From contig NIVC01001068.1 in the NCBI GenBank assembly GCA_002269645.1, positions 144,828 to 208,827 of the forward strand: 64,000 bases of DNA. Reading direction: 5' to 3'. The position numbers and the translations under genes are program-made. The DNA is from Macrostomum lignano. Lineage: Eukaryota. Under the pieces are notes generated by a model. That model was not told the DNA's origin. It did no database searches and saw only the letters and a program-made list of their open reading frames with translations. Each line of letters opens with the position of its first letter. Position 1 is the first letter of the stretch. Below, piece after piece: positions 1-10,385 of this stretch.

Positions 1-1506
1 TGGCCACCTCCACGCTGCCCATGTACTTGGCGTGGAACTCCTGGCCTTCGCCTTCGAATCTGGACTCTGAAATATGTTGTCAGGGTAACCAACTAAGAGA
101 CATCTCAGGGAGGGTATCCTGCAACCAACTAAGAGACAGCTCAGGGAGGATATCCTGCAACCAACTAAGAGACATCAGGGAGGATATCCTGTAACCAACT
201 AAGAGACATCTCAGGGAGGGTATCCTGCAACCAACTAAGAGACAGCTCAGGGAGGATATCCTGCAACCAACTAAGAGACAGCTCAGGGAGGATATCCTGC
301 AACCAACTAAGAGACAGCTCAGGGAGGATATCCTGTAACCAACTAAGAGACATCTCAGGGAGGATATCCTGCAACCAACTAAGAGACAGCTCAGGGAGGA
401 TATCCTGCAACCAACTAAGAGACAGCTCAGGGAGGATATCCTGCAACCAACTAAGAGACATCAGGGAGGATATCCTGTAACCAACTAAGAGACATCTCAG
501 GGAGGATATCCTGCAACCAACTAAGAAACATCTCAGGGAGGGTATCCTGCAACCAACTAAGAGACATCTCAGGGAGGGTATCCTGCAACCAACTAAGAGA
601 CAGCTCAGGGAGGATATCCTGTAACCAACTAAGAGACAGCTCAGGGAGGATATCCTGCAACCAACTAAGAGACAGCTCAGGGAGGGTATCCTGCAACCAA
701 CTAAGAGACAGCTCAGGGAGGGTATCCTGCAACCAACTAAGAGACAGCTCAGGGAGGATATCCTGTAACCAACTAAGAGACATCTCAGGGAGGGTATCCT
801 GCAACCAACTAAGAGACATCTCAGGGAGGATATCCTGCAACCAACTAAGAGACAGCTCAGGGAGGATATCCTGCAACCAACTAAGAGACAGCTCAGGGAG
901 GATATCCTGCAACCAACTAAGAGAAAGCTCAGGGAGGGTATCCTGCAACCAACTAAGAGACAGCTCAGGGAGGATATCCTGCAACCAACTAAGAGACAGC
1001 TCAGGGAGGATATCCTGCAACCAACTAAGAGACAGCTCAGGGAGGATATCCTGCAACCAACTAAGAGACAGCTCAGGGAGGATATCCTGCAACCAACTAA
1101 GAGACAGCTCAGGGAGGATATCCTGCAACCAACTAAGAGACAGCTCAGGGAGGATATCCTGTAACCAACTAAGAGACATCTCAGGGAGGATATCCTGCAA
1201 CCAACTAAGAGACAGCTCAGGGAGGATATCCTGTAACCAACTAAGAGACATCTCAGGGAGGATATCCTGCAACCAACTAAGAGACAGCTCAGGGAGGATA
1301 TCCTGCAACCAACTAAGAGACAGCTCAGGGAGGATATCCTGCAACCAACTAAGAGACAGCTCAGGGAGGATATCCTGCAACTAACTAAGAGACATCAGGG
1401 AGTATTGCATACTTGCATCTGATTTCAATCGGGTTTATTCTAGAGATGGATAAAATAGCACGAGTCACAGAACAGGTGTTCACCTACCCGACTCCGACGC
1501 GGACAT
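1..1506 (-). CDS. 5' part of a PTB/PID-domain adaptor (Dab/Numb/CED-6-like); gene continues beyond the window start
   Basis: Exon 1-66 (acceptor ttcag, phase 1) reads SRFEGEGQEFHAKYMGSVEVA, the N-terminal PTB motif (compare Dab RFKGEGVRYKAKLIG). A phase-matching 19-nt first coding exon at 1488-1506 (ATG TCC GCG TCG GAG TCG G|gtaggt) gives MSASESE-SRF. Upstream acceptor at 1521-1522; strong donor AAG|GTAAGT at 2231/2230 suggests a 5' UTR exon. Confidence 0.7.
85..1400. repeat. 36-bp minisatellite (CAACCAACTAAGAGACAGCTCAGGGAGGATATCCTG)n in the PTB gene intron
   Basis: About 36 near-identical tandem units; source of the ELSLSWLQDILP pseudo-ORFs. Confidence 0.97.
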
Positions 1507-2449
1507 CCCGTCAGTTGAATCTGCGAAAGTTCTCCAACAAAAGTATATCGAGTTGGCTGTCAGAAAAGCGCCCAAAAACCTACTCAACTGTCACTTTCTC
1601 GCTATTTAACGTATTATCTGGCTTTCTAGGCCTCTCTGTGCCAGTCTGAGTGTCTCAAAAAACTTTATTGTACAGAAAGGGCTGAAAGAGAAATTTCTTC
1701 TTTCACCAAAGGGAAGAAAAATGCTACCTTCTTAGATATCTGTGAACTGCCTAAGCAAAATGAAGTTGCAGAGAAAGAAAGCTAATAGAGCTTGGCACGA
1801 CTTCAATTGCAATTTTAGCATTCAGTTTATAAATTTCACTTAACTAGCAGGCCTTTCTAAAATGTCACACCCGCCAACTCTTACAGATTACGCGCTTTTC
1901 TAGCCTACCTTATTACTGTTAACTAAATTATAGCCTTTACAACCTTTTCACGTGTGCAGTGCAATCCAAGCCATGAGATAAACTGGGTGAGGGTTTGGTG
2001 GGGGTTGGTGGGTGTTGATCAAGGGAGAGAGAGGCGATTGGCAATGGCAACGCCTGACCCCTGTACCGAGATAACAGCTACAGTATAAAATTAATGCAAA
2101 TTCACTCTTTAAACTGATAAATAGCTTTGACTTTGTGAGGCGCGTGTTCAACAGGTTAATGGAATGCTAATTAGGCTGGCCTAGGCTATTATAGGTAAAA
2201 AGGTTTTGTTACAAAATAATTTTCACTTACCTTTGAACTGGCGAAGTCACTGCGCGATTAACTCTACCTACTAGTAGTACGCGATATTTATCTGAAAATT
2301 GTCCAAATTACAATAGACTTCAACTTGAAGCGAAAATGCTGCAACTTATGTGGCAAAAAAACGCGCTAAAATATCGTGTTTAGAAGGGCGCTCCAAATGG
2401 CAAAATACGCTTAAAATATGAAACAATACGTTCAAGTCTGTTTTAAGAG

Positions 2450-2960
2450 GCTCTCTTGGGGCCTGTCTCTCATTGTCTGTCTCAGCCTCTGTCTATTGAG
2501 GCCTGTTTCTTGGGGCCTGTCTCTCATTGTCTGTCTCAGTCTCTGTCTATTGAGGCCTGTTTCTTGGGGCCTGTCTCTCATTGTCTGTCTCAGCCTCTGT
2601 CTATTGAGGCCTGTTTCTTGGAACCTGTCTCTTGGGGTCTGTCTCTTGGGGTCATTCTCTTGGGGTCTGTCTCTTGGGGTATGTCTCTTGGGGTATGTCT
2701 CTTGGGGTCTGTCTCTTGGGGTATGTCTCTTGGGGTATGTCTCTTGGGGTCTGTCTCTTGGGGTATGTCTCTTGGGGTATGTCTCTTGGGGTATGTCTCT
2801 TGGGGTATGTCTCTTGGGGTATGTCTCTTGGGGTATGTCTCTTGGGGTATGTCTCTTGGAGTCTGTCTCTTGGGATCTGTATTTTATTGTCTGTCTCTTG
2901 GCGTCTCTTGGGCGCCCGTCTCTTATTGTCTGTCTTTTGGGGCCTGTCTCTTTTTAGAAT
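2450..2960. repeat. 54-bp units grading into a (GTCTCTTGGG)n 10-bp repeat
   Basis: Tandem units visible directly. Confidence 0.9.
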
Positions 2961-3302
2961 CTGTCTCCTTGCGTCTGTCGTTTACAGTGTGACTCTGCTG
3001 CTTGAATATTTTCTCTACGAGTCTGCCTATCAGGGTCTGTATTTTTTAAAGTGCCTGTCGAGTATTTATAACAAATTATACACAGTAATAGTACAAATAG
3101 ATAGGCGAAAGGGATAGATTCCGAGCTCATTTAAAAACTGCACGTGACAAACCGTCTGCAGGTGAAAACCCGATACTGTTGACTGCCGGGGACTCCTATT
3201 TCGCAACTCCTATTTACCACATTTCCGAGGCTTGTGAAAATACAAGAAACGAATGGGATGTGTGTGGCTACAGTTACGGCTTTATGGGAACGAGTGTAGG
3301 AA

Positions 3303-4238
3303 GGGTGTGGGAATGGGTGTGGGAATGGGTGTGGGAATGGGTGTGGGAATGAGTGTGGGAATGGGTGTGGGAATGGGTGTGGCAATGAGTGTGGGAATGT
3401 GTGTGGGAACGGGTGTGGGAATGGGTGTTGGAATGGGTGTGGGAATGGGTGTGGGAATGTGTGTGGGAATGGGTGTTGGAATGGGTGTGGGAATTGGTGT
3501 GGGAATGGGTGTTGGAATGAGTGTGGGAATGTGTGTGGGAACGGGTGTGGGAATGGGTGTTGGAATGGGTGTGGGAATGTGTGTGGGAACGGGTGTGGGA
3601 ATGGGTGTTGGAATGTGTGTGGGAACGGGTGTGGGAATGGGTGTTGGAATGGGTGTGGGAATGTGTGTGGGAACGGGTGTGGGAATGGGTGTGGGAATGT
3701 GTGTGGGAACGGGTGTGGGAATGGGTGTTGGAATGTGTGTGGGAACGGGTGTGGGAATGGGTGTTGGAATGGGTGTGGGAATGGGTGTGGGAATGGGTGT
3801 GGGAATGGGTGTGGGAATGGGTGTGGGAATGGGTGTGGGAATGGGTGTGGGAATGGGTGTGGGAATGGGTGTGGGAATGGGTGTGGGAATGGGTGTGGGA
3901 ATGGGTGTGGGAATGGGTGTGGGAATGGGTGTGGGAATGGGTGTGGGAATGGGTGTGGGAATGGGTGTGGGAATGGGTGTGGGAATGGGTGTGGGAATGG
4001 GTGTGGGAATGGGTGTGGGAATGGGTGTGGGAATGGGTGTGGGAATGGGTGTGGGAATGGGTGTGGGAATGGGTGTGGGAATGGGTGTGGGAATGGGTGT
4101 GGGAATGGGTGTGGGAATGGGTGTGGGAATGGGTGTGGGAATGGGTGTGGGAATGGGTGTGGGAATGGGTGTGGGAATGGGTGTGGGAATGGGTGTGGGA
4201 ATGGGTGTGGGAATGGGTGTGGGAATGGGTGTGGGAAT
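3303..4238. repeat. (GGGAATGGGTGT)n 12-bp G-rich array
   Basis: Variant units in the left half, perfect units from about 3770 to 4238. Confidence 0.97.
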
Positions 4239-4678
4239 ATGGGTGAGGTAAGAGGCGTACGGTATGGAGAGTGGGATTAGCTGTGGGAATGGGTGGTGTT
4301 GGAAATTGTTTTAGCGGTCAGTTCGAGAATGCAAATGGCTCATATTTAGCAGAATACCCAAGCGCTAGCTGCTATATGATAATTAGATTTGCTATTATGA
4401 GCAATATTTTCTTGTGGAAATCAGAAACAAGAACTCAAGCAATAAATGACACTGAGGCCTCTCTAGAGAGCAAATAAATACTCCAAACTTGGACTAGCAG
4501 AACTGTTACAGAGGCCTACAGAGAGGAGCGACTCTCTCAGACACAGCTTAGCAAGGAAAAGCAGGCCTTTAGCCGCGTAGATAAGATGAGATACGGACCA
4601 ATGCCTGTAGAAATATCAGCACTAGCCAAAGAAGACTTGAACAGATTTTTTTGCAGAAGAAAAACTTCGTGACACACA

Positions 4679-7600
4679 ATGAACTCGAATGGTTGTTTAG
4701 TATTGTGCTCGGTTATTTTACATGCAGCATCTCTGTTGGCGGCTGGAGCTGCAGCCGGGGTCACCAGCATCCCCGACAGCGGCGTCACTGGTGCGTTCGC
4801 TCTGGAATCGATGCACGACAACTTCACTTGTGTCCACGGCTGCAGCTGCCAGCTGGTGGACTACACCAGGAGCCGCTACGCTGTCCTGTGCCAAGGACCT
4901 TCCATTAGGGCCATACCGGCCTTTCTAACCGAGGATCTGCATCAGATTGAGAGCATGACTCTGCTGAGGACTAGCATCACGAAAATTGGTGAGAACAGTG
5001 AATAATGAGGCTGATTTGTTTTACTGCGACTCCTGTATGTTAATTATTCATTCATGCTGATAATGGTCTGGGTAATTCAAATAAACATCAATCATATTAC
5101 CAAACTAGTTACAGTCTGGTGGCAAGAGTTGGAATATTGCTGTGATTGATGACCAGAAAAGTACTGTGACTGTGACTCATTACCAAATCGTTCATTTTTT
5201 ACACTCATATTTTTGTCTGGAACGAAAGTTCGAACATGACTTGTACAAAACGGTGCGTTTGCGTCCACATGCACACTCGTGTAACTGCATTCACACACTC
5301 CAACACTGCATTCACACTCCAACACTGCATTCACACTCCAACACTGCATTCACACACTCCAACACTGCATTCACACACTCCAACACTGCATTCACACACT
5401 CCAACACTGCATTCACACACTCCAACACTGCATTCACACACTCCAACACTGCATTCACACACGCCGCAGATTCGCTCAGAATGTTCAGCAACCTGATGTA
5501 CCTCAACTTGAACCAGTCGCTGGTCCAAGCGCTGGACTCAGGCCTGGTAACAACATTCCCGGCAGTCGAGAGTCTCCACATCGCCGGCAGTCGCCTAGCT
5601 CAACTGTCCGACTTCAACTTGATGCAGCATCCAGCTTTGAGAGACGTCGACTTTAGCGCCAACCAGCTGGACAGTTTTGTCAGCAAAGGATCCATGTCGT
5701 TAAGGACGCTTAAATTGAGCGGCAATCTGTTTACTCGGCTGGACAGTGTGGGAGCCAGCTATGTGGCTCTGAGGCTGCTCAATGTCGCACAGAATCGACT
5801 GACGCTGAATGGCCTCATCGATTGGGACCCGCCGCCTGAGCTGGAGGTGAGTAGCTGTCTGAGATTGGAGTTGCAGTGGGTTGGGGGTCTTGGGCGGTGG
5901 ATTAAGAAGCGTGTGTTTTTGGGTCGTGGGTTGAGGCCTGTGAATTGGGGTGGTGGGTTCAGGCTCGTGTTTTGGGGTGGTTGGTTGAGGCCTGTTATTT
6001 TGGGTGGTGGGTTGAGGCCTGTGTTCTTGGGTGGTGGGTTGAGGCATGTGTTTTTGGGTGGTGGGTTGAGGCCTGTGTTTTTGGGTGGTGGGTTGAGGCC
6101 TGTGTTTTGTGGTGGTGGGTTGAGGCTTGTGTTTTGGGGTGGTGGGTTGAGGCTTGTGTTTTGGGGTGGTGGGTTGAGGCCTGTGTTTTGGGGTGGTGGG
6201 TTGAGGCCTGTGTTCTTGGGTAGTGGGTTGAGGCGCGTGTTTTGGGGTGGTGGGTTGAGGCCTGTGTTTTGGGGTGGTTGGGTTGAGGCCTGTGTTTTGG
6301 GGTGGTTGGGTTGAGGCCTGTGTTCTTGGGTGGTGGGTTGAGGCGCGTGTTTTTGGGTGGTTGGTTGAGGCCTGTGTTTTGGGGTGTTGGGTTGAGGCCT
6401 GTGTTTTGGGTGGTGGGTTGAGGCCTGTGTTCTTGGGTGGTGGGTTGAGGCCTGTGAATTGGGGTGGTGGGTTGAGGCCTGTGTTTTGTGGTGGTGGGTG
6501 TAGGCATGTGTTTTGTGGTGGTGGGTTGAGGCCTGTGTTCTTGGGTGGTGGGTTGAGGCATGTATTTTGGGGTGGTGGGTTGTTTTGGGGTCGGTTCGTT
6601 AATATATTCTAATTTATTGTGCGCAAACCAGCCCACTGGAATTTCGCAAATGCTTACTTAGTACTCAGGCCTTTTGTTGTTTATGTTTATGTTTATTGCT
6701 TATGTTTATGCTTGTTTTATACGAGTACTCTTGTAAAGAACAAATGCACTCCTATGTTAGCTTCGAGGGGTTGATTAGTGTTTTGGATTAATGGATTAAA
6801 ATAAATATTCTCAGTTGAAGAGATTAGAGTTTAGGTCGTTGTTTCTCAGGTTAAAAGATTAAGGTATTGATTTTTACGTTGTAGGGAGATCAGCTCCACT
6901 AGGGAATTAAATTCTTGACGTATTTCGCTTTCTAGATGGACACGAATTTGACCCAGTTAATCTCATTTTACAACCAACAGGTGCTCGACCTTAGCGGCAA
7001 TCTGCTGGGCGTCGAGTCCGGGACCTTGCGGCGCAGCTCCAACGCCAGTTTCCTGGGCCGATTGCGCCAACTGCAACAATTGGATCTGAGCGACAACCGG
7101 CTGATTTCGCTCAAGGCCATCACCGATTGGCTGCCAGCGGACGCCCGGCTGTGGAAATTATCGTTGTCTAAGAACCCGTTTGTGTGCAGCTGCTCGCTGT
7201 ACAGAGACAAGCAACGGCTGGCATGGTGGGGAACTGATCCATTATTTATCAATTGCGCTTTTAGTAGGCTAATTTTCTGAAATCAATCACACACGTAACT
7301 ATACCGACAAACCATTTTTAGTATATTGGACAAGGGGATGTAGCTTAGTGGTTAGAGCGTCAGACTCACGACTGAAAGGTCGGGGGTTCGATTCCAGACC
7401 CGCATGGTAACAATTTGTTTCCTTTAGCCAGACACTTGAATCTGCATTGCTTCAGTTCACCCAGCTGTAAAATGAGTGCCAGCATTAGCTGGGGTAATTG
7501 AGAGTGTGTGTGGCGACCCCCTCCCAGTCCTTGTACTGAACAGCCGTACGCAGGCCTCAGATACGCCGCGCAATAGCCGCGGCTGAGCTGTAGGGGGCAC

Positions 7601-8569
7601 ATCTGTCCATTAGGGCCAGATGAAATCAATTATTATTATTTATTCAAATTTGTGCTGAAAACGAATTGCCTCAGCGCTGGCTGGTGGTGGGCCGATCTCG
7701 TCAAATACACCACTCGGCTGTCTCGATCCCGCAGGCAAGGCGTGGTCATCGCCGACACGCCAACCTGCCGTTTGAGCAACGGCAGCGACTGCCCACTGAC
7801 GAGGCTGGGCAGCTGGGCTTGCGACGGCGACAACGGCGGCGGATCGTCGGTTACGAAAACCGGACCGACCCTGGCGCCGCGGGAGGATCTGGCATCGGCC
7901 TCTCTGTTGCTCCGCCTGCCAGCCGTGCTCGGGTTGACCGCGGCAGCCGCCGCCGCACTCGCCATCCTGGCCGTTGGCGGCGGAGTCTGGGCCTGCCGAC
8001 GTCGGCGTCATCAGCAACGCCGACAGAAGCAGCGGCAGCAGCAAGAGCTGGACTCCGAGTGTCCCTACAACACCGTGTCGGTGAAGTCAACCAACCTGAC
8101 AGGCAGCCAGCTGTCTGTGGCCACCTACCGGTCCGGGCTGCCGTATGCATTCGATCCGCAGCGATCGAGGGTGTTTTCCAAGAAACTGCATCCGCCTGCA
8201 GAGCCGGGGGTGCAACAGCAGCAGCAGCAACAGCAGCAGCTGCAGCTGCAGCAACAACTGCAACAACTTGGATCGCGCTGTCAATCGGAGCAAATCATGG
8301 GCAGAGGATCAACTCCGTTGCCGCCGATCCCAGACTCAATGACGGGTCAGCAACAGCCGAGACCGGAGGCCTACAGCTACATCGATATGGGCGGCAACAG
8401 CGTCAGCAACTCGTCAGCTTCCATAGACGCCAGCAATACAATGAATTACATGTACGACGAGGTGCAGCAGCGGCCAACAACAGCGCGAGGAGGTGACGTC
8501 AGGGACGGCGCAGTGCCAATCGAGGGATACGTGGACATGTGTTCGAATCACAGTGCAAACGTGGCTTAA
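4679..8569 (+). CDS. Single-pass LRR transmembrane receptor (signal peptide, LRRNT, LRRs, LRRCT, TM, Tyr-motif tail), about 588 aa
   Basis: Exons 4679-4988, 5470-5846, 6981-7225, 7735-8569; all GT-AG with consistent phases (1,0,2). Hydrophobic N-terminus; CVHGCSC cap; LRRs LxxLxLxxN (LRTLKLSGNLF, LQQLDLSDNRL); NPFVCSC...PTC...C C-terminal cap; TM AVLGLTAAAAAALAILAVGGGVWA followed by CRRRR. Confidence 0.85.
5282..5461. repeat. 21-bp minisatellite (CTCCAACACTGCATTCACACA)n in LRR intron 1
   Basis: Tandem units ending just before the acceptor at 5468-5469. Confidence 0.92.
5900..6590. repeat. About 27-bp GT-rich minisatellite (GGGTGGTGGGTTGAGGCCTGTGTTTTT)n in LRR intron 2
   Basis: Tandem units begin about 50 bp after the donor. 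Confidence 0.93.
7334..7629 (+). mobile_element. tRNA-derived SINE, family A (CORE-like central domain), in LRR intron 3
   Basis: A box TAGCTTAGTGG, B box GGTTCGATTCC, then CCTTTAGCCAGACACTTGAA...CAGCTGTAAAATG resembling the CORE domain, and an (ATT)n tail. Second copy at 48803-49065 on the minus strand. Confidence 0.85.
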
Positions 8570-8664
8570 AAGTCAGGATGATCTGAGAGATTTCAAGCCA
8601 AATATGAAGATTCGGAAGACAATTAGGTCTAATACTCGTCGTAAGGGGCTTGGGAGAATTTCTT

Positions 8665-9170
8665 TCCAGAGTTTGAGGATCTGGGAGAATTACAAACCGA
8701 ATTTGAGGATCTGGAAGAATTATGCATCCAGTTTGAGGATCTGGGAGAATTATGAATCCAGTTTGAGGATCTGGGAGAATTATGAATCCAGTTTGAGGAT
8801 CTGGGAGAATTATGAATCCAGTTTGAGGATCTGGGAGAATTACAAACCGAATTTAAGGATCCGGGAGAATTTTGAATCCAGTTTGAGGATCTGGGATAAT
8901 TAAAACTGAGTTTAAGGATCTGGGATAATTAAGAACCGAGTTTAAGGATCTGGGAGAATTATTAATCCAGTTTGAGGATCTGGAAGAATTAAAGCCCGAG
9001 TTTGAGGATCCGGGAGAATTTTGAATCCAGTTTGAGGATCTGGGATAATTAAAACTGAGTTAAGGATCTGGGATAATTAAGAACCGAGTTTAAGGATCTG
9101 GGAGAATAACATGTAAGAACAAAGTTTGAGCATTTGGGAGAATTACAAACCGAGTTTGAAGATCTGGGAG
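8665..9170. repeat. 30-bp minisatellite (CCAGTTTGAGGATCTGGGAGAATTATGAAT)n
   Basis: Tandem, moderately diverged units downstream of the LRR stop codon. Confidence 0.9.
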
Positions 9171-9966
9171 ATTTCAAAGGTCTAACAATCTAAATTATTA
9201 CTCACACACCACATTCCATACATGCCTTAAGTACCTGCTTAAATTGAAATAAAATATCAAAATATTTGACAGATAACTAATCTGCTGCATAAAAAATTAA
9301 TGCACCCGCTGTAACAGTACGGGCGTAACCTATAATATGTTAGATATATCTGTAAATAGTTACCCAAAGAAGTTGAACTTTTAAATAAATTTGAAAATAC
9401 AAACAATTTGTCAACTGAAGTCCAATTCAGCTACAATATTACAGACTTAAAGAAACTTCCAATTACTCGAAGATGTTGAATTTATTTGGAACTCAATCAA
9501 TTTTTTTGCCGCAATATGCTACCACACAAAATCCATAACTGTGAAAATTCGCTCATAAATTTTAGAGACGCATGAAAAAAATAAGTCACGCTTGCACGCG
9601 ATACTACTTGACGCAGTGGAATAGAGAGTAAGCATCAACTCGAATTTCAGACATTAAAAAGAAAAATCCAATCACCAAAAAGTGCAAATTAAAGCAAAAA
9701 TATAACGCATGCAAAAATTAAATCATGCGGGAAAAACGCGCGCATTACTACTAACCAAGGCCTTACAGTAGCGAGTAGGTAAAGTTGCGAAACAGCATAT
9801 GATAACGCCTTACGAGCATGAAAATGCGCAATAAATTAATTGAAGCTATTATTATGCGCAGGTAGGCCCGAAATCAGAAGAATTAGAAAAAGCAATCAAA
9901 AGTAGTGACGCAACAATAATTTATTGAAATCAAATATAAAGCCGCCCATACAGTGATTTAAACATC

Positions 9967-10345
9967 CGATATGTATCGAAAAGCACACAAACTGATAAAT
10001 TCACAATCACCCGATATGTATCGAAAAGCACACAAACTGATAAATTCACACTCACCCGATATGTATCGAAAAGCACACAAACTGATAAATTCACACTCAC
10101 CCGATATGTATCGAAAAGCACACAAACTGATAAATTCACAATCACCCGATATGTATCGAAAAGCACACAAACTGATAAATTCACACTCACCCGATATGTA
10201 TCGAAAAGCACACAAACTGATAAATTCACACTCACCCGATATGTATCGAAAAGCACACAAACTGATAAATTCACACTCACCCGATATGTATCGAAAAATA
10301 GGAAAACACAAAAGGAGTCCCATATCCCGATATGTATCGAAAAAC
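9967..10345. repeat. 45-bp minisatellite containing CCGATATGTATCGAA
   Basis: About 7-8 units just downstream of the TARBP1 stop codon (10386). Confidence 0.93.
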
Positions 10346-10385
10346 ACAAAACTTGACAGCAAAAAAATCAATCCGACCAGCAGCG

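Noticed and set aside
1521-1522. Trans-splice acceptor for the PTB gene
   Set aside because: A strong cis donor (AAG|GTAAGT at 2231/2230) upstream explains this acceptor without trans-splicing.
165-4280. Long repetitive ORFs ([28 protein letters not shown])
   Set aside because: They are stop-free translations of tandem arrays, open in several frames at once, and lie in introns or intergenic DNA. The same applies to the SVCL/TDRQ, MYRKAHK, MYMVQNP and other repeat ORFs.
7334-7405. Possible tRNA gene (loop CTCACGA); also 48995-49065 and 44368-44435
   Set aside because: The acceptor stem does not close and the sequence continues into a body shared between dispersed copies, so these are SINE heads.
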